Under the pieces are notes generated by a model. That model did not search any database. It saw nothing but the letters and a program-made list of their open reading frames with translations, and had not been told where the DNA came from. Positions 31,793 to 41,640 of a stretch of 64,000 nt of DNA are shown one piece after another; position 1 is the first letter of the stretch; the number at the start of each line of letters is the position of its first letter. The stretch spans positions 70,592 to 134,591 of the forward strand of contig CAWEYR010000010.1 of the NCBI GenBank assembly GCA_963813345.1, in the 5' to 3' direction. A program made the position numbers and the translations under genes. The stretch is from an uncultured Acidobacteriota bacterium (GTDB lineage Bacteria > Acidobacteriota > Blastocatellia > RBC074).

Positions 31793-32832
31793 ATGCTTAC
31801 ATTCGACGATATTCTTGCGGCGCGCACACGCATTGAAGGAGTCGCGCATCGCACACCAGTGATCACATCGCGACAATTCAATCGCGACGCCGGGTGTCAG
31901 GTCTATCTTCAAATGCGAAAACCTTCAGCGCGCTGGCGCCTTCAAGTTTCGTGGTGCCTACAACCGGATCGCGTCGCTCAGTCCTGAGGAACGCAAGCGT
32001 GGAGTCCTTGCCTACTCTTCCGGAAATCATGCTCAGGCTGTTGCCCTCGCTTCGAGCCTCTTCGACATTCACGCGACGATTGTCATGCCAGAAGATGCTC
32101 CGCGTTTGAAGGTCGAGGCGACGCGCAGTTATGGTGCGGAGATCGTTTTTTACAACCGGTACACCGAGAACCGTGAAGAGACCGGCGAACGTCTTAGCAG
32201 GGAGCGGGGACTCGCTCTTGTACCACCTTACGACGACTATGCCGTTATGGCTGGCCAGGGAACGGTGGCACTCGAGCTTCTTGAAGAGGTGCCGGGTCTC
32301 GAATATCTGCTGGTGCCGGCGAGTGGCTGCGGGCTTCTGGCCGGATGCGCAACTGCAGCCAGACATATGATGCCTGGTATTCCGCATTTACGGAGTCGAA
32401 CCGGAAGCTGGAAATGACACCTGGCAATCGTTTCGCAAGGGTGAGCGTGTCGAGATAGCAGTTCCAAAAACGATCGCCGACGGACTGCAGACTTCAGCCC
32501 CCGGCAAACTGACATTTCCGATAGTCAAGGAACACGTCAACGATATCCTGCTTGTCAGCGACAACGAACTCATTGAAACATTGAGTTTCATTCTGCAACG
32601 CGCAAAGGTTCTTGTTGAACCTTCAGGGGTTGCCGGCGCTGCAGCCGTCCGTCACCAGAAACTGGATTGCCGCGACGCTCGTGTTGGTGTCGTACTGTCT
32701 GGCGGAAACGTAGATCCCGAGAAACTCTCACAATACCTGGTAGCAACGGGCATTAGTAGTGCCGCTGGGAGCGCGGCTCCGGGCCGGCCACGAGCCGCGA
32801 AGCGTGCGAGTCGTGGAGAGTCCTCGTGCTGA
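31793..32832 (+). CDS. PLP-dependent threonine dehydratase paralogue (copy 2), disrupted by frameshifts near 31909 and 32385; 3' end runs into repeat
   Basis: MLTFDDILAARTRIEGVAHRTPVITS...GCQVYL in frame 2. KCENLQRAGAFKFRGAYN...SSGNHAQAVALASSLF...LVPASGCGLLAG in frame 0. YGVEPEAGNDTWQSF...LVEPSGVAGAAAV...VLSGGNVDPEKL in frame 1. Each junction is consistent with a single extra C. Confidence 0.7.
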
Positions 32833-32901
32833 AGACTCGCACGCTTCGCGGCTCGTGGCCGGCCCGGAGGCCGGCGCTCCCAGGGGCGGTACAACGTACC
32901 C
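32766..32901. repeat. Family D palindrome (copy 2) followed by Family B half-site (GGCGGTACAACGTACC)
   Basis: About 95% identical to 31647..31762, in the same orientation. Followed by CAGGGGCGGTACAACGTACCC, as at 16987..17015. Confidence 0.85.
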
Positions 32902-32983
32902 TTTGGACTTCATGCCTTAGCTTTGCACTTCTCCTCGCCAAAAGATAAAATGGCAGTCTTTGGCTCGTGTTCCTGAAATCCCT

Positions 32984-33847
32984 ATGTCCTGGTTCAAGCG
33001 CAAGGACGAAAAGATTGTTGACATAACGCCGCCCGAAGAGCGAACGGTAAAGACTGAAGGCATTTTCGCGAAATGCGAGAATGAGCAATGCGGCGCAACA
33101 ATCTATCGAAAAGACCTCCGCGCAAACCTTAGTGTCTGTCCACAGTGTGCCTATCACTTCCGGATCACTGCGCGCGAACGTCTGCAATTGCTCTTCGATA
33201 ATGGAGAATACGAAGAGCGCGACCGGGACATCGCGCCAACCGATCCGCTCGGCTTTGTTGATCAGTCGTCTTACCTCGATCGCCTCAAGCGAAGTCAGAA
33301 GACGACAGGGCTCCTTGATGCTGTCATAATCGCTGAAGGCAAGCTTTCCGGCCGGAAGCTGGTAATCGCTGCCATGGAGTTCAACTTCATCGGTGGCAGC
33401 ATGGGCTCAGTAGTAGGTGAGAAGATTACACTTGCGATCGAGTATTGCCTTGAAAAGCGGTTACCGCTGCTGATTGTGTCATGTTCCGGCGGAGCGCGGA
33501 TGCAGGAAGGAGTTCTCTCGCTCATGCAAATGGCGAAGATATCCGCAGCGCTTGCGCGACTGGATGAGGCTCGTTTGCCTTATATCTCGCTTATGACGAA
33601 TCCCACTACCGGCGGAGTCACCGCCAGTTTTGCAATGCTGGGTGATCTGAACATTGCTGAACCCGGAGCGATTATCGGCTTTGCAGGCTCGCGCGTGATC
33701 GAACAGACGATCCGGCAGAAGCTTCCCAAAGGATTTCAACGCTCTGAATTTCTGCTGGATCATGGAATGCTTGACGCTGTTGTAGACCGCCGGCAGTTGA
33801 AGGAGTTTCTTTCAAAAGCGCTTCTATTTGCCGGTCCCGACGCCTGA
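32984..33847 (+). CDS. accD: Acetyl-CoA carboxylase carboxyltransferase beta subunit
   Basis: MSWFKRK... zinc ribbon CENEQCGATIY...CPQCAYHF, then the carboxyltransferase core GGSMGSVVGEK...SCSGGARMQEG. Intact. Confidence 0.9.
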   Translation: MSWFKRKDEKIVDITPPEERTVKTEGIFAKCENEQCGATIYRKDLRANLSVCPQCAYHFRITARERLQLLFDNGEYEERDRDIAPTDPLGFVDQSSYLDRLKRSQKTTGLLDAVIIAEGKLSGRKLVIAAMEFNFIGGSMGSVVGEKITLAIEYCLEKRLPLLIVSCSGGARMQEGVLSLMQMAKISAALARLDEARLPYISLMTNPTTGGVTASFAMLGDLNIAEPGAIIGFAGSRVIEQTIRQKLPKGFQRSEFLLDHGMLDAVVDRRQLKEFLSKALLFAGPDA

Positions 33848-33849
33848 GC

Positions 33850-34880
33850 ATGCCTCGAATCCCTCGAATGCCTTCAATGACCACGGCTACGACGATCCTT
33901 TTCTTCGTGATTTCTTTTATCTCGCCGGCATGCCCGAGCAGCCAATCGAAAGGATCAAGTGCTGAGACGACTCCTGCCCCGGCTGCGACTGCGGAGACAA
34001 AGTCACAGTCGCAGACGCGCACGACTCCCTTTGATGCAGATCGCGCATTTGCTCATGTCAAAGCGCAGGTCGACCTCGGTCCACGGCCAGCAGGGTCGAC
34101 CACACTCGAAAAGGCGCGGGAATATATTACTGCGCGAGCTCAAGAGCTACGGTTTGCCTGTTTCTTTAGTGGAGTTTCAGGCGAAGACACCGAAGGGCAA
34201 AGTGGCAATGAAGAACATCATTGCCGAGCTTCCGGGAAGCTCGCCGGAAGTCATCATTCTTGCCAGCCATTACGATACAAAGCCGTACAATGAGTTCACA
34301 TTCGTCGGAGCGAATGATGGCGGATCGAGCACTGGAGCGCTTCTTGAGATAGCGCGCGTGCTCAAGCAACAGGGGCCGCGGAAGTTCACCTATCAGTTCG
34401 TGTTCTTTGATGGCGAGGAAGCATTCTGCGAAGGCTGGAGCGAGTGCCTGGGTGGCAAGGACAATACCTACGGCAGCCGGCACATGGCAGATCAGCTTCG
34501 CGCTACAGGACAGCTGAAAAAGATCAAGGCTCTTATTCTTCTCGATATGATCGGAGACAAGGTATCTGACGATACCACGCGAGCAGAGCTCTACTGGCTG
34601 GCTGGTAGACTCGATCTGGGGAACAGCAGCAGAGCTCGGATATCAGAAGGAGTTTCCGAGCCGCACGTTTGCGGTTGGCGATGACGATCATATGCCCTTC
34701 ATCCGCGCCGGCATACCGGCTGTAGATATTATCGACCTTGAGTATGGTGTAGGTCTGGAGGACAATCGTTACTGGCACACAAAAGAAGATACACTTGATA
34801 AGCTCAGCCCCCGCAGTTTGAAAATCGTGGGAGACATAGTGATCCTGAGCCTCCCCAGGATCGAGTCGCAGATCCGCTAA
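33850..34880 (+). CDS. M28 family peptidase (lipoprotein); two frameshifts near 34130 and 34660
   Basis: Lipobox-like FISPACPSS. Three ORFs in three frames: FDADRAFAHVKAQVDLGPRPAGS...; HYDTKPYNEFTFVGANDGGSSTGALLEIARVL...FFDGEEAF...LLDMIGD; MPFIRAGIPAVDIIDLEYG...YWHTKEDTLDKL. Confidence 0.75.
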
Positions 34881-34956
34881 TCCACATCTGGCTGGAATAC
34901 AATTTCGCTCGGACTGTGAGCTTTTTGTCGCGTGATCGCAGGGAAGGACGGGGTGG

Positions 34957-35199
34957 ATGAACAAGTGGGAGTACTTGACTGTTGACTGGGGCGAAATCCG
35001 TAAGATCGGTTCACGAATCACTGGAGAGGATTTCATCGACGCAAACGTCGATGCCGGGCTCAACTCTCTCGGACAGGAAGGATGGGAGCTTGTGAGCGTT
35101 TACGTCGATGGCTATGCCGTTCATCGAAGCAACAAGGGCGAGGAGCTGCTCTCGAGCAGCCGCTACGTAAAATACACGTTCAAGCGGCCCGCAAGCTGA
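34957..35199 (+). CDS. DUF4177-like small protein
   Basis: MNKWEYLTVDWGEI...GWELVSVYVDGYAVHRS. 80 aa. Confidence 0.55.
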   Translation: MNKWEYLTVDWGEIRKIGSRITGEDFIDANVDAGLNSLGQEGWELVSVYVDGYAVHRSNKGEELLSSSRYVKYTFKRPAS

Positions 35200-35209
35200 A
35201 CATTCATCA

Positions 35210-35470
35210 ATGTCCTCACCACAAATTGATCGGCTGGCAGACTTCCTCTCATCGATTCTCAATGAGCGGGAAGAGTTAACTTTACTCTTATATACACCCT
35301 TTGGAATTGCGCGCGGAAAGCTCAAGCGCGGATCAATCGGTGAAGCCTTCGAGCTTCGCGATGTAACGGTCGAGCACTACTCGAATCATCTTCCCACCGG
35401 TCATTACAAAAGCCTGCTGATAACCCTGTCAGACGTCCAGGGCTGCGCCGTGCTCGAAGAGTACCTGTAA
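35210..35470 (+). CDS. Hypothetical small protein (86 aa)
   Basis: Intact ORF with coding-like composition. No recognised motif. Confidence 0.4.
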   Translation: MSSPQIDRLADFLSSILNEREELTLLLYTPFGIARGKLKRGSIGEAFELRDVTVEHYSNHLPTGHYKSLLITLSDVQGCAVLEEYL

Positions 35471-35477
35471 GTGCAAT

Positions 35478-35570
35478 TTGGAGTGCGGCGACCTGGCGCC
35501 GCTTCAGCTTGCTCCTTCGGATTACGTGCGTCGCGAAGACTCAAGCGGCGCCAGAGACGCCGCACTCCAA
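35478..35570. repeat. Family E palindromic repeat (TTGGAGTGCGGCGACCTGGCGCCGCTTCAG ... TCAAGCGGCGCCAGAGACGCCGCACTCCAA)
   Basis: Inverted arms of about 30 bp. Second copy at 43940..44027. Confidence 0.75.
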
Positions 35571-35586
35571 TTGGCGCTCCCAGCAT

Positions 35587-35808
35587 CTACACCTTTTTGC
35601 GGGTGCCAGTGGCGTGGTCGATGACTTCCTTGATGTCCTTGAAGACTATCTTGGTGATCTTTCCTTCGGTGTTGCGAATCTTGACTGCGGGCTTGCTGAA
35701 GGGCTGAGTGCTACGCAGATTGTCGATCTTACCTCGTGCGTGCCGGCCATCAATCGCAATGACTTCGACGTCGGAACTGTCAAGCATTGACTGCAGGATC
35801 TCCATCAT
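35587..35808 (-). CDS. Hypothetical small protein (about 73 aa)
   Basis: MMEILQSMLDSSDVEVIAIDGRHARGKIDNL... Convergent with 35210..35470 across the Family E repeat. Confidence 0.35.
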   Translation of the reverse strand: MMEILQSMLDSSDVEVIAIDGRHARGKIDNLRSTQPFSKPAVKIRNTEGKITKIVFKDIKEVIDHATGTRKKV

Positions 35809-35836
35809 CGAAAAGAAGTCAGTCACGATTGGCCCC

Positions 35837-36713
35837 TCAAAATGGAATCCAAGAACCGAGAAGCGCCGCCGCTGAAGCCTCGCGCGCGCCCGGCGGCGAC
35901 GCAAGAAGAACTACGGCCTGAACGGCGTTGAATACAAAGTGCGTCGCGACACACGGCAACAATTGCCCGGTAAAAGCGCGCAAAAGCGTCAATACAAGAC
36001 TCAACGAGAGAATTGCGGCAATCGCGGCGGGACTTCCCCAGTACTGAGGAACGTGAACGATGGCAAAGAGCAGGGTCACTAGTGTAACCGCAGATCTTCC
36101 ACCCACTCGCGTTCTCAATCGGCGCATAAATCAGCCCACGATAAACGATCTCTTCGACAAATGGAGCAGTCGCAACTGCAAGAATCACGATGAAGATGCG
36201 CACCGAGAACCCCAGATCGAGCAATCGTTCAAAGTCTGTCTTGCCGTGTGGCAGTACCCTCTCGAGAATGAGTGCGAACCCAAGCATCATCAACGCGAGC
36301 GCGACTGCATGAATTGACTTGAACTGGGGGTGCCATTTCCACCCGAGTGTCTGCCAGAACGGCCTCGTTCCGCGACCCGTAACCACCCACCAGCAGAAGA
36401 CCAGAGTGATGCCGTGCGCAATGAGTGTCGCCACGAGCGTTGCCATAGCCAGCGGAGTATTCAATTCGAAGGCAGGTCGCTCGCCAGTCCAGTACCAGCC
36501 GATACCCAGATAGAGGAATGCCGCGACCAACTGAAGCACAAAGAGAACTACAACGCTCGCAATCCAGACAAGGAAAGCCTTGCCAACGCCCCAACTTCGC
36601 TGAACGGAAGCGGAAGGAGGTGGAGTCAATTCGGAGGCGCAGCGCGGACATGAACTCGCATACGCGTGTTCCAGAGGAAAACCGCACTGATTGCATACTG
36701 CTGTTACAGACAC
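35837..36713 (-). CDS. CPBP family intramembrane metalloprotease (CAAX protease) with N-terminal zinc ribbon; frameshift near 36100-36130
   Basis: CNQCGFPLEHAYASSCPRCASEL. EExxxR motif TAPFVEEIVYRGLIY. FxxxH motifs (LLFAIVHVPQYW, THFVFNAV) in ORF 35837..36127 in another frame. Confidence 0.75.
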
Positions 36714-36735
36714 CGGTGGAATCTACTTTCTTTTG

Positions 36736-36803
36736 TACGTTGTACCGGCTTTAGCCGGAATCTTCGAATTTCAGGATTCCGCCTGAAGGCGGTACAACGT
36801 ACC
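36736..36803. repeat. Family B double (inverted pair) hairpin repeat
   Basis: GTACGTTGTACCGGCTTTAGCCGGAATC + 10 nt + GATTCCGCCTGAAGGCGGTACAACGTACC. Overlaps the NUDIX 3' end. Confidence 0.8.
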
Positions 36804-37352
36804 TGCCATAAGCAGCGCGATTAAGGTCTTTGAGTCTTCGATCTCGCCCTTCTTCGCAAGCTCAATTGCCTCTTCTAAGGGCAAGTAAACGACGTCGAGT
36901 GTTTCATCCTCATCCAGGTCCTGGCGGGCTTTTTCAAGACCGGTTGCCAGAAAAACATGTAGCTTCTCTTCGCAGAAGCCAGGAGTCGAATAAAACTCGG
37001 CAAGCTTCTCCATCTTGCCAGGACGCGCGCCAATCTCGGCTTCGATCTCCCGACGCGCACAGTCATCCGGGGATTCGCCCACTTCTATCCTGCCAGCGGG
37101 AATCTCGAGAACCTCACGTCCCGCCGGATGACGATACTGCCTGACGAGCGCAACTCTTCCGTCAGCAAATACCGGAAGTCCTCCGGCGCCTCCCGGATGG
37201 CGCACAACTTCGCGGACGATCTCGCGGCCGTTCTCGTCAAGGAGACGATCGTGGTCAACGTCAAAAATCAGTCCTTTGAAAATTCGGGTCGACTCAATAA
37301 GGCGTGGTGGCAAAGCTTTTTCCGACCTACCTGGGTTTGATTTCGCGGCCAT
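36771..37352 (-). CDS. NUDIX hydrolase (ADP-ribose pyrophosphatase-like)
   Basis: Nudix box GREVLEIPAGRIEVGESPDDCARREIEAEIG. Confidence 0.8.
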   Translation of the reverse strand: MAAKSNPGRSEKALPPRLIESTRIFKGLIFDVDHDRLLDENGREIVREVVRHPGGAGGLPVFADGRVALVRQYRHPAGREVLEIPAGRIEVGESPDDCARREIEAEIGARPGKMEKLAEFYSTPGFCEEKLHVFLATGLEKARQDLDEDETLDVVYLPLEEAIELAKKGEIEDSKTLIALLMAGTLYRLQAES

Positions 37353-38349
37353 TTACAGCAGGTGCGCAGGAAATAGCTTCGCGCAGTTTGTCGATGACGA
37401 TCCGGCTCAGCTCGTCATATGAGGCGCTGATGGTGAACCCTGCAGCATTGCAGTGACCACCTCCGCCGAACTGCTCTGCAACGCGGGCGACATTGACGCG
37501 ATTCTTCGAACGCAAACTGATTCGATAGGTCGAAGCCGCGAGCTCGCGAAAAAACGCAACCGCCTCGACATCGCCGACAGTGAGCGGGTAGTTGATGATT
37601 CCGTCGGAGTCGTCTTCTGTTGCTCCGGTTTCATCCATCGCATCCTTGGTCATTTTGATCCACGCGATACGCCCGCTTTCGTCTCGTTCAAGCGTCGACA
37701 GCACGCGACCAACCAGCTGCACTTTGGCATAAGGGTAGGAATAGAAGATCGCCTGCGAAAGCTTGGCAGGCTGCGCTCCGTGACGTACCAGCTCGCTCGC
37801 GATTTTAAACGTTCTTTCAGTAGTGTTTGAAAAGTGGAACGAACCTGTGTCCGTAAGCAGCGCAGCATAGACACAGCTTGCAAGCTCTGGTGTGATCCTG
37901 GCTCCGATCGCCTTGGCGAGGTTGTAGACCATTTCGCCTACAGCCGCCGCCGTTGAGTCGATCCAGTTGATGTCGCCAAAAAGCTCGGTCGTAGAGTGGT
38001 GATCAATATTGACCACGAACTCGCGCTCGAGACCTGGCAGGCCGGGCCGTGACACATCACTGCACTCAATCACAAAGACCGCGTCATACTTGCGATCGAC
38101 CGCAGGAACCACTCGCACCTCATCGGCACCCGGGAGTTTCGCGTAGGCGTGAGGTACCGTGTCGCACATCACCACTTCTGCATCCTTCTTGAGCCCTTTG
38201 AGTATCCAGCACAGGGCGAGCGACGAGCCCAGGCTGTCGCCATCGGGTCTGATGTGCGATGTAATCGCGAAACGATTTTGTTTCTCAATAGATCTCATAA
38301 CCTGACTTAGCATATCAACTGACTCCGGCTTCTTTCTCGCTTTGCGCAA
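37327..38349 (-). CDS. nrnA: DHH/DHHA1 phosphoesterase (NrnA-like oligoribonuclease / pAp phosphatase)
   Basis: HIRPDGDSLGSSLAL (DHH). GGGHCNAAGF (DHHA1). Confidence 0.8.
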   Translation of the reverse strand: MRKARKKPESVDMLSQVMRSIEKQNRFAITSHIRPDGDSLGSSLALCWILKGLKKDAEVVMCDTVPHAYAKLPGADEVRVVPAVDRKYDAVFVIECSDVSRPGLPGLEREFVVNIDHHSTTELFGDINWIDSTAAAVGEMVYNLAKAIGARITPELASCVYAALLTDTGSFHFSNTTERTFKIASELVRHGAQPAKLSQAIFYSYPYAKVQLVGRVLSTLERDESGRIAWIKMTKDAMDETGATEDDSDGIINYPLTVGDVEAVAFFRELAASTYRISLRSKNRVNVARVAEQFGGGGHCNAAGFTISASYDELSRIVIDKLREAISCAPAVNGREIKPR

Positions 38350-38767
38350 GTGCGCTCTGCTCGTCGTCGCCCTCCAGGGGGCTTTCTGATGCGCCTTCCG
38401 AAGGCGTTTCTGTGCTGAAACCGGTTGTCTCCTTTTTCACTTCCTCGAGTATCTCTTCCATCCGCGCGCCCGTCTCGACTGATGGGTCGAAAACAAAAAC
38501 CAACTCAGGGCTATGCCTCAAACGCATCCGCGAGCTCAGTTGCCGGCGGATGAATCCCGACGCCCTGTTGAGAGCCTCGAGCGTCCGCTTGACATCTTCC
38601 TGGGAACCGAGAACGCTGACGTAGACTTTTGCCTGACGCTGATCAGGGCTGAGGCGAGCACTGGTCACGGTCGCAAAACCAACACGAGGATCTCGTACCT
38701 CCAGCAGAAGTATCTCGCCGATCCTCATTTTCAATTCCTGTGCGAGCCTTTCGGCACCGTGAGCCAT
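38315..38767 (-). CDS. rbfA: Ribosome-binding factor A with acidic C-terminal extension
   Basis: ELKMRIGEILLLEVRDPRVGFATVTSARLSPDQRQAKVYVSVLG...LVFVFD. Confidence 0.85.
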   Translation of the reverse strand: MAHGAERLAQELKMRIGEILLLEVRDPRVGFATVTSARLSPDQRQAKVYVSVLGSQEDVKRTLEALNRASGFIRRQLSSRMRLRHSPELVFVFDPSVETGARMEEILEEVKKETTGFSTETPSEGASESPLEGDDEQSALAQSEKEAGVS

Positions 38768-38771
38768 TAGC

Positions 38772-41640
38772 CTATAACTGGGTGGCGGCCACCTTTTCGG
38801 TAATGTAGGCTTCGATCACGTCGCCCACCTTGTAGTCGTTGAATCTTTCGATCGTAATTCCGCATTCAAAGCCCTGAGCAACTTCGCTCACGTCATCCTT
38901 GAAACGCCGCAGACTTCCAATCGGAGTATCAAAAATCACCACACTGTCACGAATCAGACGGCCTCGCGCCGTTCTCTTTATTGATCCGCTGGTGACCATG
39001 CATCCTGCAATGTTGCCGATCTTGGGAACCCGGATCACGTCCCTGATCTCAGCCTTGCCGATGACGGTCTCCTTGATCGTCGCGTCCAGCATCCCGATCA
39101 TCGCGGCACGAATCTCTTCCTCAACCTTATAGATGATCGAGTGAAGCCGGATATCGACGTCTTCCTGCCTTCCGACCTCGTCGGCGCGCGCCTCGGGGCG
39201 AACGTTGAACCCAATGATGACCGTCGCCGCACCTGCCGTCGTCACGTTAGACGCACTTGCGAGCAGAACATCGGACTCGGTGATCGCTCCAACGCCGGAA
39301 CGAATAATCCGTACCTTGACGCGGTCCGTCGAAAGCTTGACCAGCGTATCCTTGAGAACCTCGACCGAACCCTGGACGTCGGCCTTCAGAATCACAAGCA
39401 GTTCCTTGACCTCGCCTGCCTCGAGTTGCGCATGCAACTGATCGAGACCGCGCGCCGCTGTGCGCGAAAGCGCCTGCATTCGTGCTTTCGATTGACGAAA
39501 CTCTGAAATCTGCTGCGCCTTCGTAATGTCGGTTACGGCCTGGAATTGATCTCCGGCCGATGGAACGCCCTGAAGTCCAAGCACTTCAACCGGCGTCGAT
39601 GGCCCGACTTCCTGCACCTGACGTCCGCGATCATCGATCAGCGCCCGCACGCGCCCGAAGAAATTGCCGACGATGAACGGATCGTGGATATGCAGTGAGC
39701 CGTTCTGTATGAGCAGCGTCGCAACCGCACCACGACCGCGATCCAGCTTGGCCTCGAGCACAGTTCCCGTCGCCAGTCGTTTGGGATTCGCCTTAAGATC
39801 GAGAATGTCGGACGTCAACAGGATCATCTCGAGGAGCGAATCAATGTTCTGGTTCTTCTTCGCTGAAACCTCAACCATCGTAGTCGTACCGCCCCAGCTG
39901 TCCCAAAGCAGACCTCGATCCGCAAGCTCCTTCTTGACTCGTTCAGCATTGGCGTCGGGTTTGTCGACCTTGTTGATCGCAACAACGATCGGAACGTTGG
40001 CAGCCCTCGCGTGTTCGATCGCCTCGATCGTCTGAGGCATTACTCCGTCATCCGCCGCGACCACGAGCACAACAACGTCCGTGACCTTGGCGCCGCGGGC
40101 ACGCATCAGTGTGAACGCTTCGTGACCCGGCGTGTCCAGAAACACGATGCGGCGTTGTTTGGTCGGATCATCGGGATTGGTCACGTCGACTGCATAGGCT
40201 CCGATGTGCTGAGTTATCCCGCCAGCTTCACCTTCAGCGACGCGCGCCTTCACGAATCGCATCGAGCAGGCTCGTCTTGCCGTGATCGACGTGTCCCATG
40301 ACTGTCACCACGGGCGCGCGCGTGTCAGTATCTTCCATCGCCTCAGGCGTGACTTCGAATTCTGACTCGATCGTCATGTCTTCGAACGCACCAACCGAAA
40401 CGTCGAATCCGAACACTCGGCCGATTTCCTGCGCTACGTCAGGATTCAGCGTCTGGTTGATGGTCGCCATAATGCCGCGTTCAAAGAGCAGCGAAACCAC
40501 ATCTTTCGGTTTGACTTCGAGCTTGTCAGCGAACTCGCGAACCGTCGTTCCTTCGACCACACGAATCGGCTTGAGGTCTGTGGGAATCACGCGGACCTTT
40601 GGAGGCACGATCGGTGTCGGCCCTCTGCGGGACGATATCTTGAGCTGATGTCCTTCCTGGCGGTCTGGCTGACCTCCGCGCGGTCGCGTGCTGTGCCGGC
40701 CCTTATGCCGCGTGTCTTTCGGCGGTATATAGACGCTTCGCTGTTGTGCCCCAGAAGGCAGTAAGTGAGGTTCGCTACTTGCTGAAGCGTCGGTTCTGAC
40801 ACTGCGCGTCAGACGCTCTTGGAGGTTGCCGGTCGATCGAGTCCCCGGTAGTACTCGTTCTGGGCGACGTGGATGTCGTCGAGCGACCCGCAGTCGTCGC
40901 GGGAGTCCGCGCCGCTGGAGTTGCCGTCGGAGACGCGGGTGGCCGTGGCCGCGGTGTCAGCCTGATCACACTTGTCCCAGCGGTCCGATCCGGAACTCGT
41001 GGCGGATGCGCAGGGGACAACGGTCGCGATGAAGGAGTCGGCGTAGCAGGAGGCGTAATTGTAGTTTCGGTTGTAGTGGTCGCTGGAGCCGGTTCAACGG
41101 GCGCGGTCTCTGCCTCAAGCGCCGGCGCTTCCGCCGCGCAGCAGCAGGCTCGATCTCGACCTCTTCAGCCTCTTCGACCTCGGGCTCGATAGGGACCAAA
41201 GGTGCCGTATCAGGAACAGCAGCAGGAATCGGAGCCGGAGCTGGCGGTTGAGGAACAAGCTTCACGACGCGCGCGCGAGGCTGTTCGATAGTCTGAGTCG
41301 ATGGCGCCGCCTCTACCTGCGGAACGGGAGCGGCTTCCACGACTTCGGGCTCTTGTGCTGGAGCGGCAGCCGACCCTTCCGCCGTTGGAAGCGGTGCCGT
41401 CTGCTTAACAGTCTTGACGAGGCGCGCCGTGCGATGAATGTTCGGAGCGTCTTTCTTCGGGTAGTAGGTTTCCCGAATCTTCTCGGCAATATTATCGTCG
41501 AGCGTGTTCGATGGCACGCTGACATCGACGCCGAGCCGTCGCGCGTCTTCAAGCACCTTGCGGTTCTCGAGCTTCAATTCTTTGGCTAACTCGTAAATTC
41601 TGACCTTGCCCATGGATTCCTTTGAGGCTGCATCATTCAC
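38772..41640 (-). CDS. infB: Translation initiation factor IF-2 (at least 3 frameshifts: about 40260, about 40610-41150)
   Basis: N-terminus MGKVRIYELAKELKLENRKVLEDARRLGV (40966..41640). G-domain VTVMGHVDHGKTSLLDAIR (40234..40608) continues as VAEGEAGGITQHIGAY...DTPGHEAF...NKVDK in 38772..40262, through the C2 beta-barrel to the stop. Confidence 0.9.

Noticed and set aside
31793-32832. Calling dehydratase copy 2 a definitive pseudogene
   Set aside because: Its two breaks are single-base insertions of the same kind seen in essential genes, so inactivation cannot be told apart from assembly error without reads.
40869-41192. Plus-strand ORF with Gly/Ala/Arg-rich product, and similar ORFs 40826..41032
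   Set aside because: Lies antisense within the frameshift-riddled infB N-terminal linker region. Low-complexity translation of GC-rich DNA.
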